From an uncultured Veillonellaceae bacterium (lineage in GTDB: Bacteria > Bacillota > Negativicutes > JARBTT01), in contig CAWDTA010000002.1 of assembly GCA_963805085.1 (NCBI GenBank), positions 1,728,001 through 1,792,000 of the forward strand: a DNA stretch of 64,000 bases. Direction: 5' to 3'. Positions 49,596 through 58,376 of this stretch are shown here, in pieces. The notes below the pieces were generated by a model. It saw only the letters and a list, made by a program, of their open reading frames with translations. It ran no database searches and was not told the origin of the DNA. The position numbers were made by a program, and so were the translations under genes. Within the stretch, counting starts at the first letter, position 1. Each line of letters starts with the position of its first letter.

Positions 49596-49785
49596 AAAGG
49601 GCGTCTATCTCATTTTGAGAGTTAGACGCCTTTTTGAATTTTTTGTAGATTTATAGTTTAAAAACGGATGTTACAAGAATGTATATAGATGAAAGCCGAT
49701 ATACAGGAAATACAAATTTTAAAATAAGAGTTCCTTAGCTATATTGGATTCGAAAAAATAATAATTTAATTTGGAGGAATGTAAA
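49596..49785 (+). repeat. Conserved leader, copy D
   Basis: Same terminator and core as copies A-C. Confidence 0.88.
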
Positions 49786-50658
49786 ATGGCAACACTAGGA
49801 GAACAATTAACAGCGCCAGAGACTGGGTGGAAAAGAATTGGCGCTTTTGATTCAGTATTTTCATACTCTGGTAATTGGAGAACAGCTACTAGCCCTTTAT
49901 ATTATGAAGGAAGGCAAAATGGTACATGGTCACTAAATGCAAAAATTAGTTTTATTTTTACAGGTACTAAATTACGGATTATCACAGATGCAAATACAGA
50001 TCATTCAAGTAATATAAAAATTACGATAGATGGTCAAAGTGATAATTTTTCTATTTGTAGTTCTGAGTGTCATCAAAGATTGTCTTATGAAAAAACTGGA
50101 TTATCAGCACAAGCTCATACGGTAGAATTAGTGAATTTAGAAAATAAAGGTTTTGGTTTTAGTGGAATAGATGTTGCTGATATAAAAGCACCTACTAGTT
50201 TAACTGCCGCCGCAGATGATTCACAAGTAACATTGTCATGGATTGCAGTAGACGGAGCAACTAGCTACACTGTAAAACGTTCAACCACTTCAGGTGGTAC
50301 ATATACAACGATTGCTAGCAATGTGACTGGTACTAGTTATGTAGATACTAGCGTAACAAACGGTACTACCTATTACTATGTAGTTACTGCTGTAAATGCT
50401 GATGGTGAGAGTAATAATTCAAATGAAGCTACTGCTACGCCAGAAGGTACTGGATTATTACGAATTACCATGAATGATTCTAGTGAGCGTGAGTATCAGG
50501 TGACATCGTCTGAGGCTGATAAGTTTATTGCATGGTGTAATCGTACAGTCGGTACGGGGAATGCGTATTATGTGTTTGATAAGGTTGTTGGTTCACAAAA
50601 TAGCAAAGAGTATTTATTCTTTGAAAAAATCATTAGTTTTGAAGTGTTTAAACTTTAA
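49786..50658 (+). CDS. Fibronectin type III domain protein, paralog of 48713
   Basis: Same architecture; RBS ggagg before ATG 49786. Confidence 0.85.
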   Translation: MATLGEQLTAPETGWKRIGAFDSVFSYSGNWRTATSPLYYEGRQNGTWSLNAKISFIFTGTKLRIITDANTDHSSNIKITIDGQSDNFSICSSECHQRLSYEKTGLSAQAHTVELVNLENKGFGFSGIDVADIKAPTSLTAAADDSQVTLSWIAVDGATSYTVKRSTTSGGTYTTIASNVTGTSYVDTSVTNGTTYYYVVTAVNADGESNNSNEATATPEGTGLLRITMNDSSEREYQVTSSEADKFIAWCNRTVGTGNAYYVFDKVVGSQNSKEYLFFEKIISFEVFKL

Positions 50659-50684
50659 TAATTAAATTAAAAGGGATCAAATTA

Positions 50685-50710
50685 TGGACTGCTCTTGTCA
50701 AGTAGACAGC
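50685..50710 (+). mobile_element. Isolated IS3-family-like terminal repeat
   Basis: tggactgctcttgtcaagtagacag resembles clostridial IS3/IS150-group ends (from memory); no transposase. Confidence 0.4.
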
Positions 50711-50724
50711 AAAAGATTGTATTG

Positions 50725-50920
50725 TTTACAAATTAGTATACATCGAATATAATAAACATATACTAAATAAACCAAAAACGCCCTGTTAGTATCAGGACGT
50801 TTCGGTTGAGTAAGTGAGGTTGTTTGCTAGAAATTGTTAGTTTGAATTTGCCAATCTCTAACTGCACGGTATCACCTCCTTATTCAGTTTTAACAGGCTA
50901 GTTAGTGCTAGCCTGTTTTC
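50725..50920 (+). ncRNA. Candidate antisense RNA (promoter to terminator) covering the 34-aa ORF
   Basis: TTTACA-17-TATAAT at 50725-50753; terminator aacaggctag..ctagcctgtttt at 50892-50919. Confidence 0.5.
50763..50867 (-). CDS. 34-aa peptide, candidate type I toxin
   Basis: RBS AAGGAGGTGA, GTG start, MQLEIGKFKLTISSKQPHLLNRNVLILTGRFWFI. Confidence 0.5.
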   Translation of the reverse strand: MQLEIGKFKLTISSKQPHLLNRNVLILTGRFWFI

Positions 50921-51004
50921 TATTATAATCCAATATTACCAATTTTGACAGCTTGAATTAGGCTGTCTTTTTTCATGTTTAAAAAAAGGGGCTGTGCGTG
51001 TTTT

Positions 51005-51487
51005 TTACGAATATTTTGCGATTTGGGCAAAAGTTGGGCTAACGATACGGATATAATCGTCTAATTTCATAAAAATAGATTTGGTCAGTTCTCCTGCATT
51101 GAAGACGATTTCCTCATTTTGCTTTACGAGGGGATCGACGATGAGGGGAAGCTCTTCGTTGAAGGAGAAAGGTGGAATCGCGCCAATTTCACATTCTGTG
51201 ATTTCTTTAGCAGTTTCTCTTGGGGCAAAAATAACTTTTGGTGCACCTGTGTATGCTTTTAATGCATCTAAATCAAGCATTTTATCGCCGGGGAGGATGG
51301 CTAGATAATACTGCTTTTCTTTTTTGCTCATTTTTGCCATAATCACGATGGCTTTCATTGCTTGACTAGGCTCGTTACCGCGAATTTTAGCGATTTCTTC
51401 GCTGCGCCCTTCGGCTTCGTGTGTACAAAGGCGGTATGTACAATGATTTTCTTCTAAAAATGCAATGATTTTTTCATGAATTGTCAT
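51005..51487 (-). CDS. YbaK/ProXp-type aminoacyl-tRNA deacylase
   Basis: QAMKAIV, GAIPPFSF, FNAGEL.KS. Confidence 0.88.
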   Translation of the reverse strand: MTIHEKIIAFLEENHCTYRLCTHEAEGRSEEIAKIRGNEPSQAMKAIVIMAKMSKKEKQYYLAILPGDKMLDLDALKAYTGAPKVIFAPRETAKEITECEIGAIPPFSFNEELPLIVDPLVKQNEEIVFNAGELTKSIFMKLDDYIRIVSPTFAQIAKYS

Positions 51488-51638
51488 GGTTAAGCTCCTT
51501 TAGATAAGATAACAAGATTATTTTATTCCCTTCTTGCGTTAGATGCAAGGTGAACGATATTCTTGTATAATAAGAACTAATGTAGTTGTTAAGTAATATA
51601 GCATGTATGTAATTTACGAGATTTGGAGTGTTGAATAG

Positions 51639-51995
51639 ATGGAAAAAGGAAAAGTGTTGCAGAGTTTATTGGGTTTATTATTGGTTGGTATTGCAGTGTT
51701 TGCTAGTATGTCGTATATCAAGAGTTTTCATGAGAAAAACGCACTGCCTGGAACGGTGACGGAGATGAAGCAAAATGAGGTCGTGGTTGAAGAGAAAAAA
51801 GCAATCACGCAGCAGCAAAAGGCAGAACAGGTGGAAATCAAATATTATGTGACGGCAAATGATACCTTGGCGAAGATTAGTCAACGGATGTATGGGACGG
51901 AGGCGTATACAGAGAAAATTGCGCAATATAACAAAATAAGTGATGTGAATATGATTCATTCTGGGGATGTTTTATTGATTCCTATAGAAGAATAA
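51639..51995 (+). CDS. Membrane-anchored LysM domain protein
   Basis: N-terminal TM; YYVTANDTLAKIS..YG..IAQYNKI..IHSGDVLLIP. Confidence 0.88.
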   Translation: MEKGKVLQSLLGLLLVGIAVFASMSYIKSFHEKNALPGTVTEMKQNEVVVEEKKAITQQQKAEQVEIKYYVTANDTLAKISQRMYGTEAYTEKIAQYNKISDVNMIHSGDVLLIPIEE

Positions 51996-52006
51996 GTAGA
52001 ATAGCA

Positions 52007-52186
52007 GCATGCTTTGCAATGAAAAATGACAAGTCGGCAAAAGGTGAATTCGAAGGTCATACAAATCCCAAAAAACGCAATGCAGGCTCAAACTTCCTAG
52101 GTCAAACCATGAGCCAGCAAAGTTATGTAATGGTAAGATTCATCTATATTGCCTTTGTTGAATGATTTTCTTTTGCAAATCATTGC
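52007..52186. mobile_element. MITE family 2 candidate (~180 bp)
   Basis: Imperfect long inverted ends gcatgctttgcaatgaaaaatga / tgattttcttttgcaaatcattgc; partial copy at 31465. Confidence 0.55.
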
Positions 52187-52301
52187 CTTGAACAATAGCA
52201 TTGCTAAATTATGTTTAAGATGTTATAATTTTCTAATCTTCTAATTTTCTAATCTTATTTTAGGTACTGATTATAAAGAACTAAGGGGAACGATAATTTC
52301 T

Positions 52302-53648
52302 ATGCAGAGTGATATAGGTCATAACAAACAATCAATCATTAAGATGAGTTGGCCGATTTTTATCGAAGTGTTTTTACAAATGCTTGTTGGTAATGTCGAT
52401 CAGTTTATGATTAGCCAATATTCGCAGCCATCAGTGGCGGCGGTTGGTAATGGCAATCAGATCATGAATATCATCATTATCTTACTTACCGTAATGAGTA
52501 CGGCGACTACGATCTTGATTGCGCAATATTTAGGGGCGAAAAATCAGGAGAAGATATCGGAAGTGTGTACGGTGTCGCTCGTGTTCAATGGGCTATTCGG
52601 TTTGGTTTCAAGCGTGCTTCTGATTACCTTTCATCGTCAATTATTTGCTTGGCTGCAAGTGCCGGCAGAAATTATGGACGAAACCAGTATCTTTTTTAGT
52701 ATCATTGCCAGTGGAATCGTAGTGCAGGGGTTATACTTTTCCTTTGTTGCTTCTTTCCGCGGTTATTCTTGGATGAAAACAACGATGGCCGTTTCTAGCG
52801 TGATGAACATTCTTAATATTTTTGGTAACTGGCTCTTGATTTATGGCTTTTGGAATATCCCAGCATTGGGTGTTGCTGGCGTAGCCATTTCCACGACGAT
52901 CAGTAAATGTATTGGCTTGATTATCATTTATTACATATTTAGAAAATATCTTGGTATTAAAATATCTTTGAAGTACTTACGACCCTTCCCTTGGGAATCT
53001 TTAAAAAGAATTTTATATATTGGAATACCCTCGGGTGGTGAGACTTTATCTTATCAATTATCACAGACGACGATTATGAAAATGGTCAATGCATTTGGTT
53101 TGATCGTTATTAATACAAAAGTGTATGTAGCGATTGTAGCAATGTTTGCTTATATTTACGCGTTGGCAATCTCAGCGGCAATGCAGATTGTCGTGGGATA
53201 CCTGATTGGTAGCAATAAATTTGATGAAGTTGGGAAAAAAGTTTGGTATACGATGCGTATTTCGCTATTCGCTTGTACGGGGCTTACTGTGTTGCTTTAT
53301 TTGGGTAGTGATTACGTGCTTGGTATATTTACAACGGATACCGAAGTACTTAAGTTAGGAAAAACGATTTTGTTTATTGAAATCTTCTTGGAAATAGGGC
53401 GGGCAATCAATATTGTTATGGTGAGAGCCTTGCAAGCAGCTGGAGATATCAAGACACCAGTTGCCGTTGGCATTGCTTGCATGTGGAGTATTGCGGTCGG
53501 TCTTTCGTATATCCTTGGTATTGTGATGAAAATGGGACTCGTTGGTATCTGGATTGCAATGGCAACGGATGAATGTGTGCGGGCGATTATTTTTATTTAT
53601 CGCTGGCGCAGTGGAGCATGGAAAAAACGTAAGTTGATTGAGGTCTAA
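52302..53648 (+). CDS. MATE family efflux transporter
   Basis: PIFIE..LQML...VDQFM, GVAGVAIST, GLVGIWIA..DE. Confidence 0.93.
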   Translation: MQSDIGHNKQSIIKMSWPIFIEVFLQMLVGNVDQFMISQYSQPSVAAVGNGNQIMNIIIILLTVMSTATTILIAQYLGAKNQEKISEVCTVSLVFNGLFGLVSSVLLITFHRQLFAWLQVPAEIMDETSIFFSIIASGIVVQGLYFSFVASFRGYSWMKTTMAVSSVMNILNIFGNWLLIYGFWNIPALGVAGVAISTTISKCIGLIIIYYIFRKYLGIKISLKYLRPFPWESLKRILYIGIPSGGETLSYQLSQTTIMKMVNAFGLIVINTKVYVAIVAMFAYIYALAISAAMQIVVGYLIGSNKFDEVGKKVWYTMRISLFACTGLTVLLYLGSDYVLGIFTTDTEVLKLGKTILFIEIFLEIGRAINIVMVRALQAAGDIKTPVAVGIACMWSIAVGLSYILGIVMKMGLVGIWIAMATDECVRAIIFIYRWRSGAWKKRKLIEV

Positions 53649-53702
53649 ATAAATAGTAAAAAGAATCCTATCGTAGTAAAACGATAGGATTCTTTTTTAT
53701 AT

Positions 53703-54845
53703 TTATTTCAAATTGTGAACAATATAATCAATTGTTTTCATTTGTAATTTTAGGCGGGGCTCTACAGATTTTGTATCAAGCCATTCTTTCGTGCTATGTC
53801 CGCCTGCACCGATTGGTCCCATACCGTCTACTGTTGGTAGACCAAGGGCAGCAGTAAAGTTACCGTCAGAACCGCCGCCAGTTTCTACCCAATTGAAGTC
53901 AATGTTTAACTCTTTACCAAATTCCGAGATGGTATCGCAAAGAGCTAAAGTTTCTTTGCTAGGCAGCATCACTGGACGATTGATTCCGCCTTCATAAGTA
54001 ACTTTTGCACCACCAGCAGTAAAAGATTGCTTAGTAAGTGCTTGAATAGCGGCTTCGATACGTGCAGCTTCTTCCAAGGTTCTAAAGCGTACATCTACTT
54101 CAGCCGTTGCATAATCAGTAACCACATTGACTGCACTGCCACCGTGAACAATGCCGACATTGACTGATGTACCGTTGATGTAGTTGCTCAATTGATGCAA
54201 CTTAATAATCCAGTGTGCTAGTTCGTTGAGTGCGCTAGAGCCATCTTGGGGATTGACACCAGCGTGTGCTGCAACTCCTGTCGCCGTTAATTTGTAATGG
54301 CCAACGCCACTGCGTAGTTTTACCATATCACCATTTTTTCGTGCGGCTTCAATAACAAGTGTATATTTACATTTTTTAGCGATTTCCTCAATGAGTGAAC
54401 GTGAATAGATCGAGCTGATTTCTTCATCGCTATTGAGTAAGAAACAAATTCGTGTATGATTTAGCTTATTTGCAGCTTGAAGTTCCAGTAAAGCGTAATA
54501 AGAAAGTAAAATACAGCCTTTCATATCGCTGACGCCAACGCCAGTAACAATGCCAGTCTCGTCTATTTTATAAGGCCTTTGTGCAGCAGTTCCTTTAGGA
54601 AATACAGTATCCATATGTCCAAGTAATAATAGTTCATATGCGTCATCAGGACAATTGGTGATTTTTAAACAAGGGCCAACTGCGTCACCGACTCCGATTT
54701 TTTCAACATGCCAACCGGCTGCTCGAAATTTTTCACTGAAAAATTCGGCGACTTTTGCTGTTCCGGCGGGGGTGTAACTGCCATTGTCAAAATTGACAAG
54801 ATATTTTAAATCGTTAAGATAATCATCTAAATTGAAAATTTTCAT
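53703..54845 (-). CDS. M20 family peptidase (glutamate carboxypeptidase-like)
   Basis: GHMDTVF, DMKG, SDEEI, GGGSDGN, DGMGP.G..GH. Confidence 0.9.
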   Translation of the reverse strand: MKIFNLDDYLNDLKYLVNFDNGSYTPAGTAKVAEFFSEKFRAAGWHVEKIGVGDAVGPCLKITNCPDDAYELLLLGHMDTVFPKGTAAQRPYKIDETGIVTGVGVSDMKGCILLSYYALLELQAANKLNHTRICFLLNSDEEISSIYSRSLIEEIAKKCKYTLVIEAARKNGDMVKLRSGVGHYKLTATGVAAHAGVNPQDGSSALNELAHWIIKLHQLSNYINGTSVNVGIVHGGSAVNVVTDYATAEVDVRFRTLEEAARIEAAIQALTKQSFTAGGAKVTYEGGINRPVMLPSKETLALCDTISEFGKELNIDFNWVETGGGSDGNFTAALGLPTVDGMGPIGAGGHSTKEWLDTKSVEPRLKLQMKTIDYIVHNLK

Positions 54846-54887
54846 AATATGGGATCCTTTCGTTTATAGATAAGAATTTGATTGATA

Positions 54888-55337
54888 CTATGCGAGAAAA
54901 CGCATAACCAGCATAGAAAGTGCAGCATTTAGTATGCAAATGCCAAGCAAGATCGGGTAGTGACGACTTGGAATGCCTGCTGTACCGAGTAAGCGTCCCA
55001 TGTATTGTACTTGCGCGCCCATAAGAAAAATTGCTGGGATTAAGATGGTCACGTGTTCTTTGGTCAGAATACCTTCATTGAAAAGACTTGCACAGGCACC
55101 AACACCGCCGCCCATAGCAAGCCATGCGCTTAGAAGAACGGTAATACCTTCGCCTGGCAATCCAAAAATCGCCATAATCGGAGCGAAGACTTTGCCGAGA
55201 AATGCAAGTAAGCCAGTGATTTTTAATATTTCAATAAATACAAAAGCCATTACTAGATTTGGAATGATACTATTGAGATTAATGTGAAGACCTTTTTTAG
55301 CACCCTCAACAAATATATCAATTAAAGATTTGTTCAT
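54888..55337 (-). CDS. yjiG: YjiG family membrane protein (Gate domain)
   Basis: DIFVEGAKKG, FGLPGEG, MGAQVQYMGR. Confidence 0.85.
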   Translation of the reverse strand: MNKSLIDIFVEGAKKGLHINLNSIIPNLVMAFVFIEILKITGLLAFLGKVFAPIMAIFGLPGEGITVLLSAWLAMGGGVGACASLFNEGILTKEHVTILIPAIFLMGAQVQYMGRLLGTAGIPSRHYPILLGICILNAALSMLVMRFLA

Positions 55338-56005
55338 TATTTTACTTCCTCCTCGTTAAAGCGTTTCAGATAAAGACGCATGAGATTGGCGCCAAATATT
55401 TTAAACGCAAATAATACAATAAGTGGTAGAATGATTGGAACAGTCAAGGATGCAAATAATGCAGAACCTGTTGCCAGATAATTGGTGATTGTGCCTCCAG
55501 CGCTGAACTGGAACTGACAGAAAATCAAGCGTTCTTTATCGGTCATCTGATTTTCTTCGCGCAGTGATTTTGTCATTCCAGCACCAGCATCGGTACTTTG
55601 TAAACTAGAGATCAGTGCAAGGCCAGTAATGCCTGGAATGCCAAGCAGTGGGCGAAGAATTGGAGTCAGCAATTTTTGAGCGGCTTTTAATCCCTGGAGA
55701 TTCGTTACTACTTCAACAACTCCGAGTGCGAGCATGACGCTTGGCGCTAGGCTGAGGGCAAATAAGAAACCGTCGCGTGCGCCAAGACCTGCTTGTCCAG
55801 TAAATATAGTAGTAGCACCGTTTGTCCCTTGTACAGAACCAAATTTACCGAGAAGGGCACTGAAATCAAGTGCTTTTAATCCACCACTTACGTTATTGAA
55901 TATACCAGAGAAAAAAAGAATGGCAAAAATAAGTGCGACAAATCCATACCAAGGTACCGTCAGTTTTGTAGGTTCTGTTGGACTATGCTGTTTGTTTTCT
56001 TCCAT
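55337..56005 (-). CDS. yjiH: YjiH family membrane protein (Gate domain)
   Basis: GARDGFLFAL, LLTPILRPLLGIPG, SLQSTDAGA. Confidence 0.85.
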   Translation of the reverse strand: MEENKQHSPTEPTKLTVPWYGFVALIFAILFFSGIFNNVSGGLKALDFSALLGKFGSVQGTNGATTIFTGQAGLGARDGFLFALSLAPSVMLALGVVEVVTNLQGLKAAQKLLTPILRPLLGIPGITGLALISSLQSTDAGAGMTKSLREENQMTDKERLIFCQFQFSAGGTITNYLATGSALFASLTVPIILPLIVLFAFKIFGANLMRLYLKRFNEEEVK

Positions 56006-56067
56006 AGAAAATCTCCCCTTTTCATTTTATACAAGATTGGACAATCTTATAGTTGTTTAAATATATA

Positions 56068-56084
56068 TGCAAGTTATGTGCCAA
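56068..56084 (-). promoter_or_regulatory. Sigma-54 promoter of the yjiH-yjiG-M20 operon
   Basis: Minus strand TTGGCACATAACTTGCA matches the -24/-12 consensus. Confidence 0.85.
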
Positions 56085-56245
56085 TAAGCAAAATTTATTA
56101 TATATTTCTAAAAAATGCAGAAATAAAAGCTTTTTGTGTCGAATGGAAATTTACATAGGTAGGCAAAACGGTAAAGTTTATGTTAAAATGGTTTAAAATA
56201 TAATAAAACATATAACCAATTTAACCATATCGTATGTGAAAGTGG

Positions 56246-58276
56246 GTGATTTTTATGGGAAAACCACGCGTTGCTATTGTGCTATTGCGTAAGAGATTTC
56301 ATTTTGTTTATCAATTACAGTCCTTGCTTGGTGAATATATTGATTTTATCAGCTATTCTATCGAAGAGGGCATTAATTCTTATATCAATTGTGATCTGGC
56401 ACTTGTACCTTCACAAGAAGTTGCTGGAATTGTCAAAAAATATCTTATGCCGCAGACAGAACTTTTGGTTGTACGGCGCACGATTTCTAAAAATGCATGG
56501 ATCAAGATTAGTCAGATACCTCCAAACACAAAAGTGTTAGTCGTTAACACTTATTGGGAGATGTCGATTCAAACGATTGCCGTATTGTATGAATTGGGAC
56601 TTTATCAGTTAGAACTTATTCCGTTTAATAATAATCAGCCAGAGAATTATCAAGAAATTCGCTACGCCATTACACCAAATGAACGAGAAAGTGTACCAAA
56701 GTATATTGAACATACGATTGATATTGGGACGCGGTTAGTTGATGTTTCTACGATCTTTGATATTCTACATAAGCTCAATCTGGTAAATCAGGTGACAAAG
56801 CAGTTGCTTTACTCGCATATGAAAGAAATGGTTCCTGTTAGTCCAGGTTTTGTAAATTTGTTTTATCGTTTTTATGATACGAAGGAAGATTTTGAACAGT
56901 TGCTTGATATGATTGATTATGTTGTTTTGACGTTTGATGTAGATCGGCGTGTAAAAATTTATAATCAGCATGCGGTCAGATTTTTTCGTCAGATACCACG
57001 TTTGTTGGATCAACCGTTGGAAAATCTATTCACAGAGAGTTCAGCCAAGGAAATTTGTGAAGTGGATGAATTGAAAGATGCTGTATTTTCCTTATATGGT
57101 ATTTATTACGTGATCAATAAATCGCCGATTTTGAAAAACGGGCAAAGCAGCGGAGGAATTTTGACGATTCGTCAGTGTGAAAGTATTCAAAATCAGAATA
57201 TAAAAATCCATGAGGCAATGGCAGGTAAAGGTCATATTGCAAAATATACCTTTTCGAATATTCTCGGAAATCATCAAGCCATTCGTAAAGCAATTTTTTT
57301 GGCGCAGAAAGCCGCAGGTACAGATAGTGACATTATAATAGAAGCGGAAAGTGGCACGGGTAAAGAACTTTTTGCACAGGCGATTCACAATTATTCTGGA
57401 CGTTGCAAGGGGCCTTTTGTCGCTTTTAACTGCGCTGCGTTGAGTGGCTCGTTGCTGGAAAGCGAATTGTTTGGTTATGAAGAGGGGGCTTTTACAGGTG
57501 CGAGTCGGCGCGGTAAACAGGGTTTATTTGAAATGGCGACTAAAGGAACGATTTTTCTTGATGAAATATCGGAAATTTCTATAGAAACTCAAGTGAAATT
57601 ACTCCGTGTTGTACAAGAACGAGAGCTCATACGTGTTGGCGGAACAAAAATTATTCCGATAGATATCCGTGTTATTGCGGCAACAAATCAAAATCTATAC
57701 CAAATGGTGGAAAATAAAAAATTCCGTATGGATTTATATTTTCGCTTAAATGTATTTAATTTGCGGATTCCGCCACTGCGGGAACGAAAATCGGATATTT
57801 CCTATTTAATTAAGCGGTTTTTAGATGAAAAGAAGGTTAAAGTAGATTTTCCACAGGAAACAATGCAGGTACTATTTGAACATCAATGGGCTGGAAATAT
57901 TCGCGAATTGCGCAACTGTATTGAGTATATGGTTAGTATGGGGGAAGGATTTGGGGTGGAAAATTTACCTGTACATATTTTAAATCACTTCCATCTGCGT
58001 CAAGAGAAAGAAGAAAAAGACTTAGAAAAAATTGGTCAAATGGTTGAAATACGAGCGATTTTAAAGATTCTTTATGAAGCTGACAAAGATCAGAGGTATA
58101 TTGGACGTAAGGAGCTTGCGGATAAATTACTGGAACAAAATATCTTTCTTAGTGAGCAAAGTGTTCGTCCGATTCTCCAAAAACTCAGTGAGCGAGGATT
58201 GGTATGTATAAAACAAGGGCGTGCTGGCACGAAAATCACAGAACGAGGAAAAGTACGTTTGACCAGTGAATTTTGA
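56246..58276 (+). CDS. Sigma-54-dependent enhancer-binding transcriptional activator
   Basis: ESGTGKE, ESELFGYEEGAFTGA, FLDEI, WAGNIREL; C-terminal wHTH. Confidence 0.93.
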   Translation: MIFMGKPRVAIVLLRKRFHFVYQLQSLLGEYIDFISYSIEEGINSYINCDLALVPSQEVAGIVKKYLMPQTELLVVRRTISKNAWIKISQIPPNTKVLVVNTYWEMSIQTIAVLYELGLYQLELIPFNNNQPENYQEIRYAITPNERESVPKYIEHTIDIGTRLVDVSTIFDILHKLNLVNQVTKQLLYSHMKEMVPVSPGFVNLFYRFYDTKEDFEQLLDMIDYVVLTFDVDRRVKIYNQHAVRFFRQIPRLLDQPLENLFTESSAKEICEVDELKDAVFSLYGIYYVINKSPILKNGQSSGGILTIRQCESIQNQNIKIHEAMAGKGHIAKYTFSNILGNHQAIRKAIFLAQKAAGTDSDIIIEAESGTGKELFAQAIHNYSGRCKGPFVAFNCAALSGSLLESELFGYEEGAFTGASRRGKQGLFEMATKGTIFLDEISEISIETQVKLLRVVQERELIRVGGTKIIPIDIRVIAATNQNLYQMVENKKFRMDLYFRLNVFNLRIPPLRERKSDISYLIKRFLDEKKVKVDFPQETMQVLFEHQWAGNIRELRNCIEYMVSMGEGFGVENLPVHILNHFHLRQEKEEKDLEKIGQMVEIRAILKILYEADKDQRYIGRKELADKLLEQNIFLSEQSVRPILQKLSERGLVCIKQGRAGTKITERGKVRLTSEF

Positions 58277-58305
58277 ATTTCAAATTTCACTGGTCAATTA
58301 AATAT

Positions 58306-58344
58306 TAAGGGGCTGCATCATTGTTGAATGATGCAGCCCCTTAA
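58306..58344. terminator. Bidirectional terminator
   Basis: ttaaggggctgcatcat / atgatgcagccccttaa. Confidence 0.8.
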
Positions 58345-58376
58345 GAATTGAGAAATTAATATTCAGATTTTTTTAC

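Noticed and set aside
42750-49785. Leader repeats as a CRISPR array or integron attC sites
   Set aside because: Units are ~185 bp separated by whole genes; no cas genes, no integrase, no attC core sites
51005-51487. YbaK/ProXp deacylase as the editing partner of the aaRS-like ligase
   Set aside because: Lies 40 kb away with no linkage evidence; common stand-alone gene
52030-52122. c-di-GMP-I riboswitch (GGCAAA...CGCAA)
   Set aside because: Lacks the GAAA-capped P2 and tetraloop receptor; better explained as MITE interior
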